DNA of 59,836 bases, filler included, from Sphacelaria rigidula (Eukaryota), in assembly GCA_964200075.2 (NCBI GenBank). It is 9 parts of 9 records of this genome, joined end to end, with 100 filler letters (N's around TTAATTAATTAA, not from the genome) between each part and the next. Parts side by side here need not be neighbours in the genome. Positions count along the whole stretch, not along the records: positions 19,982 to 26,541 come from CAXNAA020019347.1; positions 26,642 to 33,201 come from CAXNAA020019348.1; positions 33,302 to 39,861 come from CAXNAA020019349.1; 6 more parts are not named here. One strand, written 5' to 3'. The stretch's first letter is position 1. Every line of letters begins with the position of its first letter. The notes under the pieces were generated by a model. The model searched no databases and had not been told where the DNA came from. It was given only the letters and a program-made list of their open reading frames with translations. Shown here in pieces: positions 24,791-36,324 of the stretch. The position numbers and the translations under genes were made by a program.

Positions 24791-25048
24791 TGTGACGAAA
24801 CCACGCCGTCACGTTGAGTATATAGTGATGATATTATGGATGATGACTTGGGATCTGTAGTGATGATGTGGATGATGGCATGGACACAGGGGTGATATCT
24901 TAATGTAGTTTATGGAGCCCATGTGCCTGTGAGGCACTCCAGGATAATTAAAGGTGTTGTGAAGGCTAACAACTGAAACCTGAGGCCAGTGAAACGGGGA
25001 AGTCCCTCGACAGCATTAGACGCTGCAGTACTAGCAGCCTGCTGACGT
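24791..25048 (+). repeat. 3' LTR, diverged, terminal CACA missing
   Basis: TGTGACGAAACCACGCCGTCACGTTGAGTATATAGTGAT ... GACGCTGCAGTACTAGCAGCCTGCTGACGT; preceded by a short G tract (possible polypurine tract). Confidence 0.88.
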
Positions 25049-25074
25049 AGGAGACCTTCTCCTTTGGTGCAAAT

Positions 25075-25715
25075 GTTCATGATATTAGTGCTGCTCGTTT
25101 TAAAGGGAAAAAAGAGGAGAGAAAATGAATGCGGGGATAAAAACCGCCTATCCACTGATTTTCGGAACAAATGTCGCCATCAAGTCGGTGCTTGGCAACG
25201 CCGTACTCGACAAAAGTTTTTTGTTTTTCTTCAACCCATTGAAATACATCTTGATAGTAATCTCTCCAAGTTCGGTGTTCATCGGTTACGATTAGAGCAC
25301 CCTATGATGCACGATGAGTGATGCCCCCTAAGCACTTGTTTTTTACCAGAAATCGATAATGATTACGAAAATGGAACACCTGGGACGTTTCAGACCTTTT
25401 CGTTCGGTACGAATGTTTATGAGACTAGTGCCGCCCGCTTTGAAAATAAATATATAATGAATGCGGGAATGAAAATGGCCTATCCCCCAGTTTTCGGAAC
25501 AAAATTGACCATCAAGTCTGTGTGTGATTGGCAACGCCGTACTCGACGAAAACGTTTTTTTATTCTTCTCCTTCATTAACGTTTCCAAATACCTTTCGAC
25601 AATAATCTCCCAAAAATTGGTGTTCATGCGTTGCGATTAAGGTACCATGACGCACGTTGAGTGATGCCCCCCAATAATCAGAAATCGATAATGACTACGA
25701 AAACGGAAGACCTAG
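25075..25715. repeat. Tandem duplication of a ~333-bp unit (2 copies)
   Basis: AATGAATGCGGG, TTTTCGGAACAAA, TTGGCAACGCCGTACTCGAC, GAGTGATGCCCCC and CAGAAATCGATAATGA.TACGAAAA each occur twice, about 333 bp apart. Confidence 0.8.
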
Positions 25716-26239
25716 AGAGGTAACACAGGTGGACATTCGGCTACAGCTGCAGGGTCGAAGGGACAATACCCTGTCAAGGTTGATTTTTGCGACGATCCTG
25801 GCAGGTGCCACCAGTCGTCTTCGTTGTTTTCAGAGGTATCTCCGTCGCCGGCGTCGGGTTAGAATACGCTTCTACTGTTGGCGTCGGCGGGAGACAACCC
25901 TGCGTCGTCACGGCCACAGGCGAATTTACCGTCTTCATCCGACTCGTTAGATGATGGTGCGGCCTCGTCGGTCGCACCCTGCGTGGCTACCTTGCTCGCT
26001 GTTGCGGCCGGGCCTGTCCCGGAAGCCTGTCGTACAGAAACCTTCTCGGAGGTCTTTCCTCCCCGCAGCCTACAGCTCGTCGACACACCTACCGTGGGAA
26101 AGGAAAGACGGCATGACACGTAGTTACTCTTGTGTGGCGTTATCAAGTGTATGATGTGTGCGTCGCTACAAATATTATGTGTAACCAAGGTCATCTATGT
26201 AACCGAGGTTATCTATATAATTTTGTATTTCCCTGTCAC

Positions 26240-26406
26240 AAAAAAATAACAATCCAAACCATCCCACCCCTACCCAACTCCAACCCCCATTCCGAAATAT
26301 TGCGTTATATATTATTTAAAACTGCGCGTCGGAACATTCAATGTTCAGGAATGTTTGAGTTTTGGGTTTGGGGTTGGGATTGAATGGGGTTGGATCGTTA
26401 TTTTCT
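26240..26406. repeat. Imperfect inverted repeat (MITE-like hairpin)
   Basis: AAAATAACAATCCAAACC...CCCAAC arm versus GTTGGG...GGGTTGGATCGTTATTTT arm. Confidence 0.5.
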
Positions 26407-26541
26407 GGAAAAAGGGACCACAACAGTATTGTTCTCGCGCCATGCATACACCACCGCGAAAAGATGATGAAAAAACAACAAATTGTGAGAATTGAGGTTT
26501 AACTTCGAGATGAGGCTCAAGCCTAAAACAGTGCTTTCCCC

Positions 26542-26641
26542 NNNNNNNNNNNNNNNNNNNNNNNNNNNNNNNNNNNNNNNNNNNNTTAATTAATTAANNN
26601 NNNNNNNNNNNNNNNNNNNNNNNNNNNNNNNNNNNNNNNNN
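26542..26641. other. Artificial contig spacer
   Basis: N44-TTAATTAATTAA-N44. Confidence 0.99.
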
Positions 26642-28708
26642 CGGAACTGAAACGATTCCTTCTCTGCTTGCCCGCTTTTCACTCTCAATCGTATCATCTA
26701 CTCTCAATCTCACGAAAACACTGTTATGGGTGATTATTGCCTCGAACTGATTGTCTTTGGATATCTGTTTCCACTCGAACGTAGATGTATCTTTGAATGA
26801 ACTGAGCCCCAGCGTCTTCACAATTTTCTCGAAAACGTTAATCATTTTTGCATCAAGTGGGACAAACTCTGGTGACATACCAGTTTCAATTTGAATGGAA
26901 TGGATGCGTTGGCGAATAGGTAAACTATATTTGTCGAGCAGAACTCGATTGAAAATGGCGCGCTTGTTTTTCTCAAAAAACAGTACTTGTTGGCCGGACA
27001 AGTGATCTTTAAAGTACTTCTGAACGGCATTCTTTCGCAGAGTAAGGTAGTCAATGGGCGCCGCGGACCCCTTTATTTTCTTTCCAAGATTTGTTTTTGA
27101 ACTCTTTGGCCGTAAAATCGTGAGAATCGATCGACCCCAGATCATCGCAAAGCTTTTTGCTGATGTGCTTTTTTCTCTCGGAAGCCTGTGAGCAGTATTC
27201 GTTCTTGGCAAGAATGGCCTCCCGAACAACCTTTTTGTTTATGATGCTTTCTGCTCGCTCTGCGTCGAGCTTTCTCTTCGTAGACTTCAGAGACTCACGC
27301 GTCTCGTTCCGTTGATCCATGTATTTGAGGGTCATGATATGCTTTCAAGTTTCAACAGCATTTTTTAAGCGTTCTGACTCCTGTATACGCAGGCGTTTCC
27401 CCAACTGTATGAGCTGACTTTTTTCGATTAGATCACTCTGCCGCTCCTCAAACGAGCTCTCTATTTCTGTCCAGTCCCATGTATGACCACGAACCTTCAA
27501 AATTCTCAGGAAGGTACTGTACCAGTGTGTGATCTTTTCCTGCTCTTCCACGAGGTCCCATGCGTGTAATTTGGTCGCAAGAGTAGGCACGAAGCTTGCT
27601 TTGTACCCGAAGCCCTTTTTTTGTACAGACTGTGTGAGAGCACTGTCATAGTCAGTCTTTGTCTTTTCAGCATATTTCGCCATGGTGATGATTGCTGACA
27701 GCTTTTCGCCGAAAACCTTTCGAAAATCGACATCGCTTGGTGTACATTGCTCGCCGTGTAGGCACATGAGGACTTCACCGGAAATGTTATTTCGTCCTCG
27801 ATTGTTCATCTGATCCATGTCGCGAGGGGTGGCTGACCACACCGAAGGAATACAAAACACGCGGTCAATTGCACCCTGGTAGTCAACCGACACGGTGATG
27901 CAGCTGGTGTATAGTATGACCTGGTACCGTCTGCAGTGAACCGAAACATCTTCCAGCTCGCCCTTGATCGAACATTCTGCATGGTAAGCCCCTACTTTGT
28001 CACTCGTCCGGACCTTCTTGAGGTCGATATTAAACTGGTCACATGCGAGGTACTCGTCACATGCCAGCACGTCCATGTCACGAATAGCGTGACGCACCTG
28101 CTCCAATGTGACGTAGGGGTGCAATTCGACAATCTTTGCAAAAACAATTTCTGCCAGACTTTCGGGGTCTATGTACTCTCCGCATGGCACATCATCGCTG
28201 TCACTGATGGTTTTCGCAACGAAGTCAACCAGGTTGTCATCATCCACGAATGAATGGGATTCTGCATAGAACTTGCGAAACAGCTAACCTCATCTCACCG
28301 CTTGTCTCATAAATGTATCGATCAATCATGTTCTTAGATTCGATCTGATCCGAAATGCCACTGACCATTCCTTCGTTAGACTCAAATAGTGGCGTGTCGG
28401 GAAACACATTTTGTCCCAACAGTTTTTCGCTTACTGCGACAGAAACCTTTCGAACATCAAGGTATTTCCCGGATTGAATCATGTCTGTTTTTTCAATGAC
28501 TCTTGAAGCCCTCACTGCAATTTCTTTCAGGTCCACGCTCTCCCCGCATGTGACTATCACGCGCTCTCCCTTTTCTATGGAAGCATAGAGTCTTGCATAA
28601 AAACATTTGGAATCGTCTTTCCGTTACACTACTTGAAAATAGAGTATACCGGGTCTTTTTTCCAGCGAGTACTTCTGAGCGTGCAGTACGTCCACCACAC
28701 CGAGCCAC
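26642..28708 (-). pseudogene. Intronless degenerate gene resembling a viral origin-binding protein (UL9-like SF2 helicase)
   Basis: About 2 kb of overlapping ORF pieces (28493-28708, 28240-28560, 27345-28247, 27051-27335, 26642-27229). YQVILYTSCITVSVDY and DMDQMNNRGRN resemble helicase motifs V and VI of the OBP family. One in-frame stop and about 3 frameshifts; cut by contig start. Confidence 0.6.
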
Positions 28709-28879
28709 ATGACCCTCTCAGGTATACCAGACATACCCGCGAAACAGAGAGAAAGAGAGACGTATTGCACTCCCCCAGGTGCTCGGCTGTGCTTTTCAAA
28801 ACCTCTTTGTGGGTGTCACACGTGGGTTGTCGTGAGACGCAAGATACAAAACGCAAGTCACCACCACTGCTGCTGTTGC

Positions 28880-29380
28880 CTGCGGCGAACTTTTCCCTTG
28901 GCCAAACAAGACAAGGCAGAGGTTCCCACTGCTGTGGACTGCTCGCGGTCATAGAGACAGACATGTAGGGTGTCGACTGCGCTTGTTATAGCCCGGGGCT
29001 TCCCATATGAGCAGCGTGCGCGCGAGAGGCAAGTACGCGATGCACGTGACCCGGCACAGGCGACGGTTGCGTGTGTGTGAGAACAACGTTTCCCCGCCTC
29101 ACAACGAGGCAAGGGAGAGGTTTCACTGCTGTAGACTATCCGCGGTTAGATAACCACACTGTAGAGGCTTCGGGTGCGTGAGGTCCAGCTCGTGGCGTAC
29201 TATCGGCAGTGCGCGGTCCGGTTTTTGGAAATCCGATTTGTTTCGCTGCGTGCGACGACTGTTCACCTTCCGTCTATCAAGACAAGGAAAGTTTACTGCT
29301 GTAGACTACACGCAGTCAATAGAGACACACCACAGAGGCGTCGGGCGCACTCGGTTCAGCTCGCCGTCTACTGTACTACG
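28880..29380. repeat. Three imperfect direct repeats, spacing about 195 and 176 bp
   Basis: Core CAAG.CAAGG...AGGTTT.CACTGCTGT(A/G)GACT..CGC.GT...AGA near 28907, 29102 and 29278. Confidence 0.7.
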
Positions 29381-29979
29381 TGCACGAGAGAGGTAACTTT
29401 TAGACTGAACGGCATAGCACGAGCGGTCTAATTTTTGTGCGTTTCTCAGTCTTGACCTGTGCCTGGGGCACGCGCAGTCGTTTCTTCTTTTTTTCCGTCT
29501 TGCAGCAGGGCGACACAAACACATTTGTCGGATAGGCTACAGCGGTGACGACGATATTAGCATCTCAAGAACCAGTCCCAGAAGCACACCGCTCTCTATT
29601 CATACACGAGCCCAATTCTATATGCGCCTCCGGCGACTCTGCTGCGTGTTAGACTCACCTATCGCCCCAGCACCACGAACATTCGTCTGCCGACATCGTT
29701 CCACGCACGTTAATCGTCCTGCTGTCCCCCCCCCCAAGCATCTTTTTCTTTCATGTATTTCGTCAGTAACGGTTGCGGGTGTGCCAATCACTCCACCGAC
29801 CACGTATAGTCGTCGTGCACACTCCGTCCAACGTCACATATCGACTACCGACGCCTTTCCGAATACCGCAAGCATATACCGTCTGTATCCTCTGGGCAGC
29901 GGTGTAGGCATATTGTCCTCCCAGTTTGTACTGAATCAAAGATTTCGTGCATGCTACATTGCGTGTAACTGCGCCATGG

Positions 29980-32159
29980 ACCGCGAACCTTGTACTTTAC
30001 CTCAATTTCTCGCGCTCGCTTCAAAAACACTGCGGCCTCTCCTGGTTGCCCCGCCTGTAAACAAATACCTAGCTCGTGAAGGGTCACGGCGACTTGAATA
30101 CTGTCGTCCCCCAACCTACGTTCTCTAATCTGAAGTGCTCTCCTGAACAACCTCTCCTCCTCTTGTCGGCCCGCCACTCGCGCACACCTACCCAGTTCGT
30201 GGAGTATCCAAGAAACCAGTACGTCGTCGGCCCCCAGCTTGTCTTCCACGACCCCGCGCGCTCGCTCAAAAAAATCTCGAGCGTTTTTCGACCGCCTCAT
30301 ATCTCGCACACACAACCCTAGCTCATATAGCACCCAGGCCACCTGCAGATCGTCGGGTCCCAGCATATCCTCCCTGATTTGAAGAGCTTCCATCAAAACC
30401 CTTTCGCCTCCGGCTGTCTCCTGGTCATCTGTACGCTCCTGCTCAACTCGACTAGTGCAAAAGCGGCTTGTGAGCTGGCCCGACCCGAACCGTCCTCCCG
30501 GAGTTCTGGTGATTTTCGAAACCACGCCTCGGCATCCTCATGGCGCCCCCCTGTTGCCGCACACACCCCGTGCGCGTTGAACATTGTTGATCGTTCGGCG
30601 TGATCAGCACCGCAAGAAGGAAGGTGACCCTGGGAGCAGCCGACAACGATATCTCCCAGCAGGCGAGTCGCCTCCACTGCGCCCTCATAACGTCCCTGTA
30701 ATAAAATACTCCGACTTAGATACCAGCGGGCTGCCATAGTTACGCTAGGGTCACCTTCCCCATCGTCACCGGCATCTCTGAGAACGTGCCGCATAAAATC
30801 TTCCATGTCGCCGAACCTTTGATAGTGCTCGAATAGCTCGGCGACCATGTTCACAGCAAGAATCTCCGAAGGATTCGAGGCGTCCATTTGGACAAGCTGA
30901 TCGTCGTACAGCCGAATTACCCACCATCCGCCGCCCCCCACCTTTTCCAACACCCGCCACATGCTTAACAGCGCGTACACGTCGACGCCGACCGCAAAGT
31001 CTAAGCGAGATATGTGTCTAGTCCACCTTTCCACGGCTGGCTTGCGAATTTTATCCCAACCCATGAGCTCGCCCCTCGCGAAGTCCACATGGGCGTCGTG
31101 CATGCGGTACTGTTCTGATTCATCCGCTTTAAAAACACCCCACCGCTCCAAGATCGATACCGGTGTCTTCGCGTCCAATCCATCACCCAGAAGCACCTCC
31201 CCGTCAGATTTTCGACAGGCGTGGCCGTCGGGGAACACCGTTAGCGCTACATACAGCTTCTTGGCTAGCAAATTTTGCGCCCCTAGGTACTCGAAGCCGG
31301 CGCGCAGAACCGCACGTCTGTTGTCGTCCCTCTCGGCGTCAACTCCTCCACCCTGGTCCTTGATTTTGTCCACGACACGTGCCCACGCATCCTCCTTGCG
31401 CTTGGTTTCGCCATGGCAAATCTAGCTCCCCACGAATGCGACATCCATCGCCACGTGACCGCAGATCTTCAACACTTTCATCGCGTCATCACACAAGCGC
31501 TCACCGGGCGGCAGCTCAGCCGCACCGCGCAGAATGTCCTCCTCCTCCTCGGGCTCCGTAAGTGTGTCCATGACCACCCTCTCTTTGACCCCCACATCCA
31601 CCATCGAGTCGGGTCGGGGTCGAGTGGTCAGGAGCACCCACATGCCCGTCGCCCTCAGCTTCTCAACCACTTCGTTCTACCACACATCGTCGGCCACCAC
31701 AAGGCACCGCTTCGACTTCTCCTCCACGATCGTTTTCACGTAGCTCCCACCGTCCTCACCCGCCCCAGGAGCACCGACGCCCCCTATCACCTTGCCGAGC
31801 CCAATGGCCAGATCGCGCATCAGATCGGGTAAGCGGTCTGTCGCCCCTGCCCCCTTGCCCACCGGCAGCCACACCACGCCGTTGGGAAATAGCGCCCTTA
31901 AGCGATCCAGGCGAGTACCTGCCTGGTCCTCGGTCTCACCGGCACGAGGATGGATAGAACCTCGCTCGCCCACCATGGCGGTAGCGGCGGTGGATTTACC
32001 CGCCCCGCTCCGTCCCGTCAGTGCCGCCACCGCTGGTTTGTCCCCACTAAGGATCTCGCACACGCTGTTTTCCACCTGATGACGGCGCATGTGCCACGCC
32101 TTTGCCCTCGGTAGGCCCAGGGGCACCGATGCCAGCTTGGGTCGTGGCTGTAGACGAGC
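29980..32159 (-). pseudogene. NB-ARC + TPR exon of an NLR-like gene
   Basis: Walker A GRSGAGKS, Walker B CLVVADDVW, VLLTTR, MHD motif YRMHDAHVDFA, then kinesin-light-chain-type TPRs (ALQIRE..LG.DD.QVA..L.ELG.C). CACAG acceptor at 32160. In-frame TAG at 31677 and 31422; frameshift near 30400. Confidence 0.9.
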
Positions 32160-32581
32160 CTGTGTAGAACGGGTGGGTGTGAAATGGCGGGAAGCTTGTT
32201 GCATCAATGGGTTTTGCAAGACGTGAGTGACAGGATAGGCCCAGTCGTGTACTGGATCAACCATATGGTTCTGTACTGTCTACTAGACCCACCTGAACAC
32301 ACTTCTCTAAAGGCTTGAGAGAGATGTTTACATCGCGGCAAAACGAAGGATTTTCTCACCAACATTTGCAGCACTTGCTCGAGTGGGTGCGAAGTGGGGG
32401 AGGTTTGCAAGACGTGAGTGGCAGGACAGGCCCGGTGGTACTATTACTGGTTAGCACATTAATTCTGTGGTTCTGTACTGTCTGCTGAACACACATCTCT
32501 AAACCGTTTGGGGGGCATGCTTGCATGGTGAAAGCGAAGAATTTTGTTCAATTGCTGATACTCGAGAGCAGGCAGTCTCAC

Positions 32582-33034
32582 CTAAAGGTCCACCACACCC
32601 GCAAGTCCCATGACTGGAACCACGGCCAGGATGCAGTCGTGCAGCCTCTGGATGTCCTCGCCGTCTCTGCGAAATTGCGCCAGCCTGGCGAACCATCCTT
32701 GATCGTAGTATCGTTGAGCCACCTCGGCGAGCTTGTCGACACACTTTTGGAGGGGAGAGACATCAATCGTTGATGTATTCGAGGCCTTGGCCTTGTCGAT
32801 CACCTGTGCCGTGATCAAGTCGCACAACTCGCACAGCTCCGCCAGCTCCTCTTTGTTGCGACTGGCCCCATCTACGATACCCTTGGCCTTCAGCAGAGCT
32901 ACACAGAGAGGAGCCAAGAATGGCGTGGCCGCGCCGACTTCGATTATTCCCGTCGCAACTGACTCTACCACGGTCGATATCCCGAGCCTCGCCGTCTCTC
33001 GCGCGGCCTGAACAGCGTCACCTCGGGTGGCCAT
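32582..33034 (-). pseudogene. Exon 1 of the NLR-like gene: ~150-aa helical domain, MLKL-NTD/HeLo/RPW8-like
   Basis: ATG in a GCCATGG-type context on the minus strand; ATPFLAPLCVALLKAKGIVDGASRNKEELAELCELCDLI...LQKCVDKLAEVAQRY...DIQRL. GTGAGA donor, phase 0, matching exon 2. Last codon is a premature TAG. Confidence 0.75.
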
Positions 33035-33201
33035 GGTAGAATTGTACCCTTAGTTGCAAAATGGGCCAAGGGGGTGGTATTCGGCGTCACAAGATTTATT
33101 CTGCTGTGCGTTGATCCAAAAAAAAAAAACTGTTCGTGCGTGGAAGTAGTTGGTCGGAAGTAGCCGTTACGTATGGTGCAGATGGAATGTACATGCAGGG
33201 G

Positions 33202-33301
33202 NNNNNNNNNNNNNNNNNNNNNNNNNNNNNNNNNNNNNNNNNNNNTTAATTAATTAANNNNNNNNNNNNNNNNNNNNNNNNNNNNNNNNNNNNNNNNNNN
33301 N
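33202..33301. other. Artificial contig spacer
   Basis: N44-TTAATTAATTAA-N44. Confidence 0.99.
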
Positions 33302-33709
33302 TCATTATATACCTCCCCCCCCCCCCCCCCCCCCCCCCCGGTGGGGGGGGGGGGGGGAGAGGGGGGTGCTTCGGCTACCCTCCGAACTCCGTACTCGAAC
33401 TTTCATCGGGCAGGGGTGCATCGCCGTTGATGATATCTCCATGGACTATCTGTGCGCCAAGGGATCATTTCAGGCGAAGAGGTATTTGAATCCATACTAG
33501 AAAAACAATTATGATCGATCCGATCCGACACCACGATCCTCCCGGTGAGTTTGACCTGCCGCTCAACATGGGCATTTCCAGCGTCACGCATCACTCATGT
33601 TCGCACTCATACCGACACCTCCAGTTGAATCCAGAGGGTATATAAGCACCAATAGTGCGAGCGATACTTCTGCAATGTGCTGCTGGTGAGTCGGACTGTC
33701 GTCATTTAC

Positions 33710-34132
33710 CTTACTCTGGGTTATTTCTTTGTTTGGCCGGTCGGTGGTGAGCAACCCGGGCTGCTTCCCGTCGGGACGTTCGGTGGGATCGATCAATCTC
33801 GTCACTCTCGCTCCATATTCGTAGATGTCTATGTCCTGAGCGAGAGAATAGTGATCCGTAATCTTATCCCAAACGTTTTCTGCCAGTCTAATCCTGTCGG
33901 CAACAGAAACCGGCCTCAGGCACGCGTCCGCAAACGACAGCTTCTCTCCTTCGTCTTGCTGGGGGTCTTCGGCGGTGGGAGTATCGGCCTCCACGCCATC
34001 TGATGACCCCTCGCAATCTCCCTCATCCTCATCGTTTTCTCCTGTGCCATCTGCTGTCTGGGTGGCAGAACGCTTCCTCCCCCTGGCCTGTTCACGTGAG
34101 GACGGTGGAGAAGTTGGTGAAGGAGTTATAGT
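33710..34132 (-). CDS. Possible exon of unknown function (basic NLS-like patch, acidic tract)
   Basis: Open 423-nt frame bounded by a TGCAG acceptor and AAG/GTAAAT donor; protein-like composition (RGRKRS, DEDEGD). No family recognised; could be transposon-derived. Confidence 0.4.
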
Positions 34133-36007
34133 CTGCACAGTAGGCAGCAGCTACGAAGTTGCTTTGTATGCTCGCGAAGGAAGTGGCAATATCGCGCTGT
34201 TTTTTTTTCTTTGTGCACCGTTTTTTCTTGGCGTTGCAAACGCTTGTTGCGCCAAAAATACAACTGCGGCCATCCGGAAGTGCAAAGTCATATCAAGGCG
34301 TCGGCATCCGCCTAACCCTCTTTCCGAATGTCACAACGGAAAGCGCCCACGACGCACTCTTCGGAATGGTATTTTGACGACTCCCATCACAGTCTCTCTA
34401 AAGTCGAGGCGAATCTCTATGACTCCTTCCTCTTCATACAGGACGTAGAAAGATTTGAAATGAGTACAGGTTTGTACGAGCGTGTCGCAATACGGCCGCC
34501 CACCACAATAACGCGCAACTCCGTCGGTCGAACCCACCACAGTATCAGACGCCCGAGTTATCGCCGACAGAAGAGGAACGCTTCATGCCAACAGGGTGGT
34601 GTCGGTTTCCTGATACTGCAGAGTATGCATCCCTGTGCTCAATTCGTGATCTATGGTGCAGGGTTCGGCTGTCACTTATAAGGCACAATATTGATAGGGT
34701 TTCGGTAGGTTTTCTCATAGGGTGGTAGGTCGTATGGTTGTCTGCAATGTTTCAGTCAGGTGCTCCTTTGATTATTCCGCCGCTCTCGATCGAAAATGCT
34801 GAGCTGTTGTGTATTGGACCCTGCCCGTAGCGCCTAACTTAGTATAGAATGGACTTCAATCCATCGACGAACATTGCTTACGTGGACGTATTAGATACGT
34901 CCTCGTAACGACCAACTCGATTCGACCGCATTCGTTCGAGTCTAAAACAGGTTGGCATGGCGTCTGAGACCGGTTAAAATGGGGGCTGTTCAAAAATATT
35001 GTTCAGAACTGCCTGTTTTGCCTGTTGCCGTCGATTTAGCAGTGACGAGAAGGCTAGGCGGATGTTGACGCCTTCGAATGACTTGCTCTACTCGTTGAGT
35101 CCTTTCCAGAATAACTGCATTTCCTGCCGACCGCAGTTCTGTTCGTGGCCAAACCTGGCCACACACGGATGATCAGCAAACGACGGCCAGGTGATCAAAA
35201 GCGAGGGAAGTCGAAGGGCCGAAATCTCCTTCTTCAAATCCTCGTTTTGAAAACGACCGCTGATTGGCCGCTTCGAAACTACCCCCTGAAAAAATCTCCC
35301 CCACACGTGCCCGGCAACCCCCCCCTCCGGAAAATGTCTGTAGTACTATTAAATATTAGTACAGATCCCCTTTCGAAAAGAGAACTGCATTTTTTCTTGA
35401 AGGAAAAGATACATGTTTGTTTGACAGGGGCACTTGCAATGAAGGTTTCCCACACAACACAACGCAATGAGATCTCAGGCTGGGGAAGTTCGTTGCCTTC
35501 CAAACTACATACACACGACACGAGCGGTATCTGCTACTCGGCTGAGCATGTTGTGCGCGACCTTGCTATATTCTGTTAAAAAGTCAGTGACAAATGGTGG
35601 TTTGCGTGAAATGCGGGCACAGTACATGCTTCCAAACGGTCAGCCGCGGCACATCTCTTGTAGTTCTTTACATACGCAGCCGGCATGCGTCCAATCGATA
35701 CAGAACGAGTGTTCGTCAAACAAGAACTGCCATGTGTAGGTTTGCAACGAGGTCTAGCGGTGGAAGTGATGCACGTGAGTGGTGGATGTCTGTGCGTGTT
35801 CCCTCTGCCTGCGTGGGCTAGGTGTGTACATGTTTTATTGCGTAGTTTCGTCTAATTTGCGGCATATCTGGGAAGTTGAAACACCGACCACTCTCAGACC
35901 CGCCGCGTTTCGGAACCTGCTTTCGGATGGGGGGTTCCATCTGTGCACAAGCCTCTCTTAATAAGAGTGATAGTTGCGGGGCAATCTCCTGTCACGAGCG
36001 GACTTTA

Positions 36008-36324
36008 CCCCTTCGACCGCGATTACGGTTAGTCATCACCTGCTGAATCGGCATCAACACTCACTTGAAATAATAATGTGGACCAGATGGACTGTACCCG
36101 CATCGCTGTCTAGCGGTTAACCCTTAGCTCGCGAGGGTATATCACCTACTGATTTGGCATCAAAATTGACTTGAAATAAGTATTTGACACAGATGGACTA
36201 CCCGCAGCGCGGTCTAGGGGTTGACCGTTAGAACTCGGTGCGGGTAGTCCATCTCTATCACGCACATACTTCAGGTGGGTTTTCATGCCGATTCAGCAGG
36301 TGACCTACCCCCCCGGTGAAAGGG
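36008..36324. mobile_element. Three abutting ~100-bp piggyBac-like MITEs (two direct, one inverted)
   Basis: Units 36008-36116, 36121-36220 and 36225-36324, separated or flanked by TTTA, TTAA, TTGA and TTAA; CC(C)...(G)GG termini. Confidence 0.78.

Larger units (their letters stand above)
20666..25048 (+). mobile_element. Ty3/Gypsy LTR retrotransposon, defective (RT and RNase H deleted)
   Basis: Two LTRs starting TGTGACGAAA. Internal order gag, zinc knuckle, protease, RNase H tail, integrase, GPY/F motif. Many stops. Confidence 0.92.

Noticed and set aside
31422..32584. All three premature stops in the NLR gene are TAG, suggesting readthrough or recoding
   Set aside because: Context implies different original residues (probably E, W and Q/K/E), there is also a frameshift, and TAG terminates the EsV-1-7 gene normally. 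Ordinary pseudogenisation fits better.
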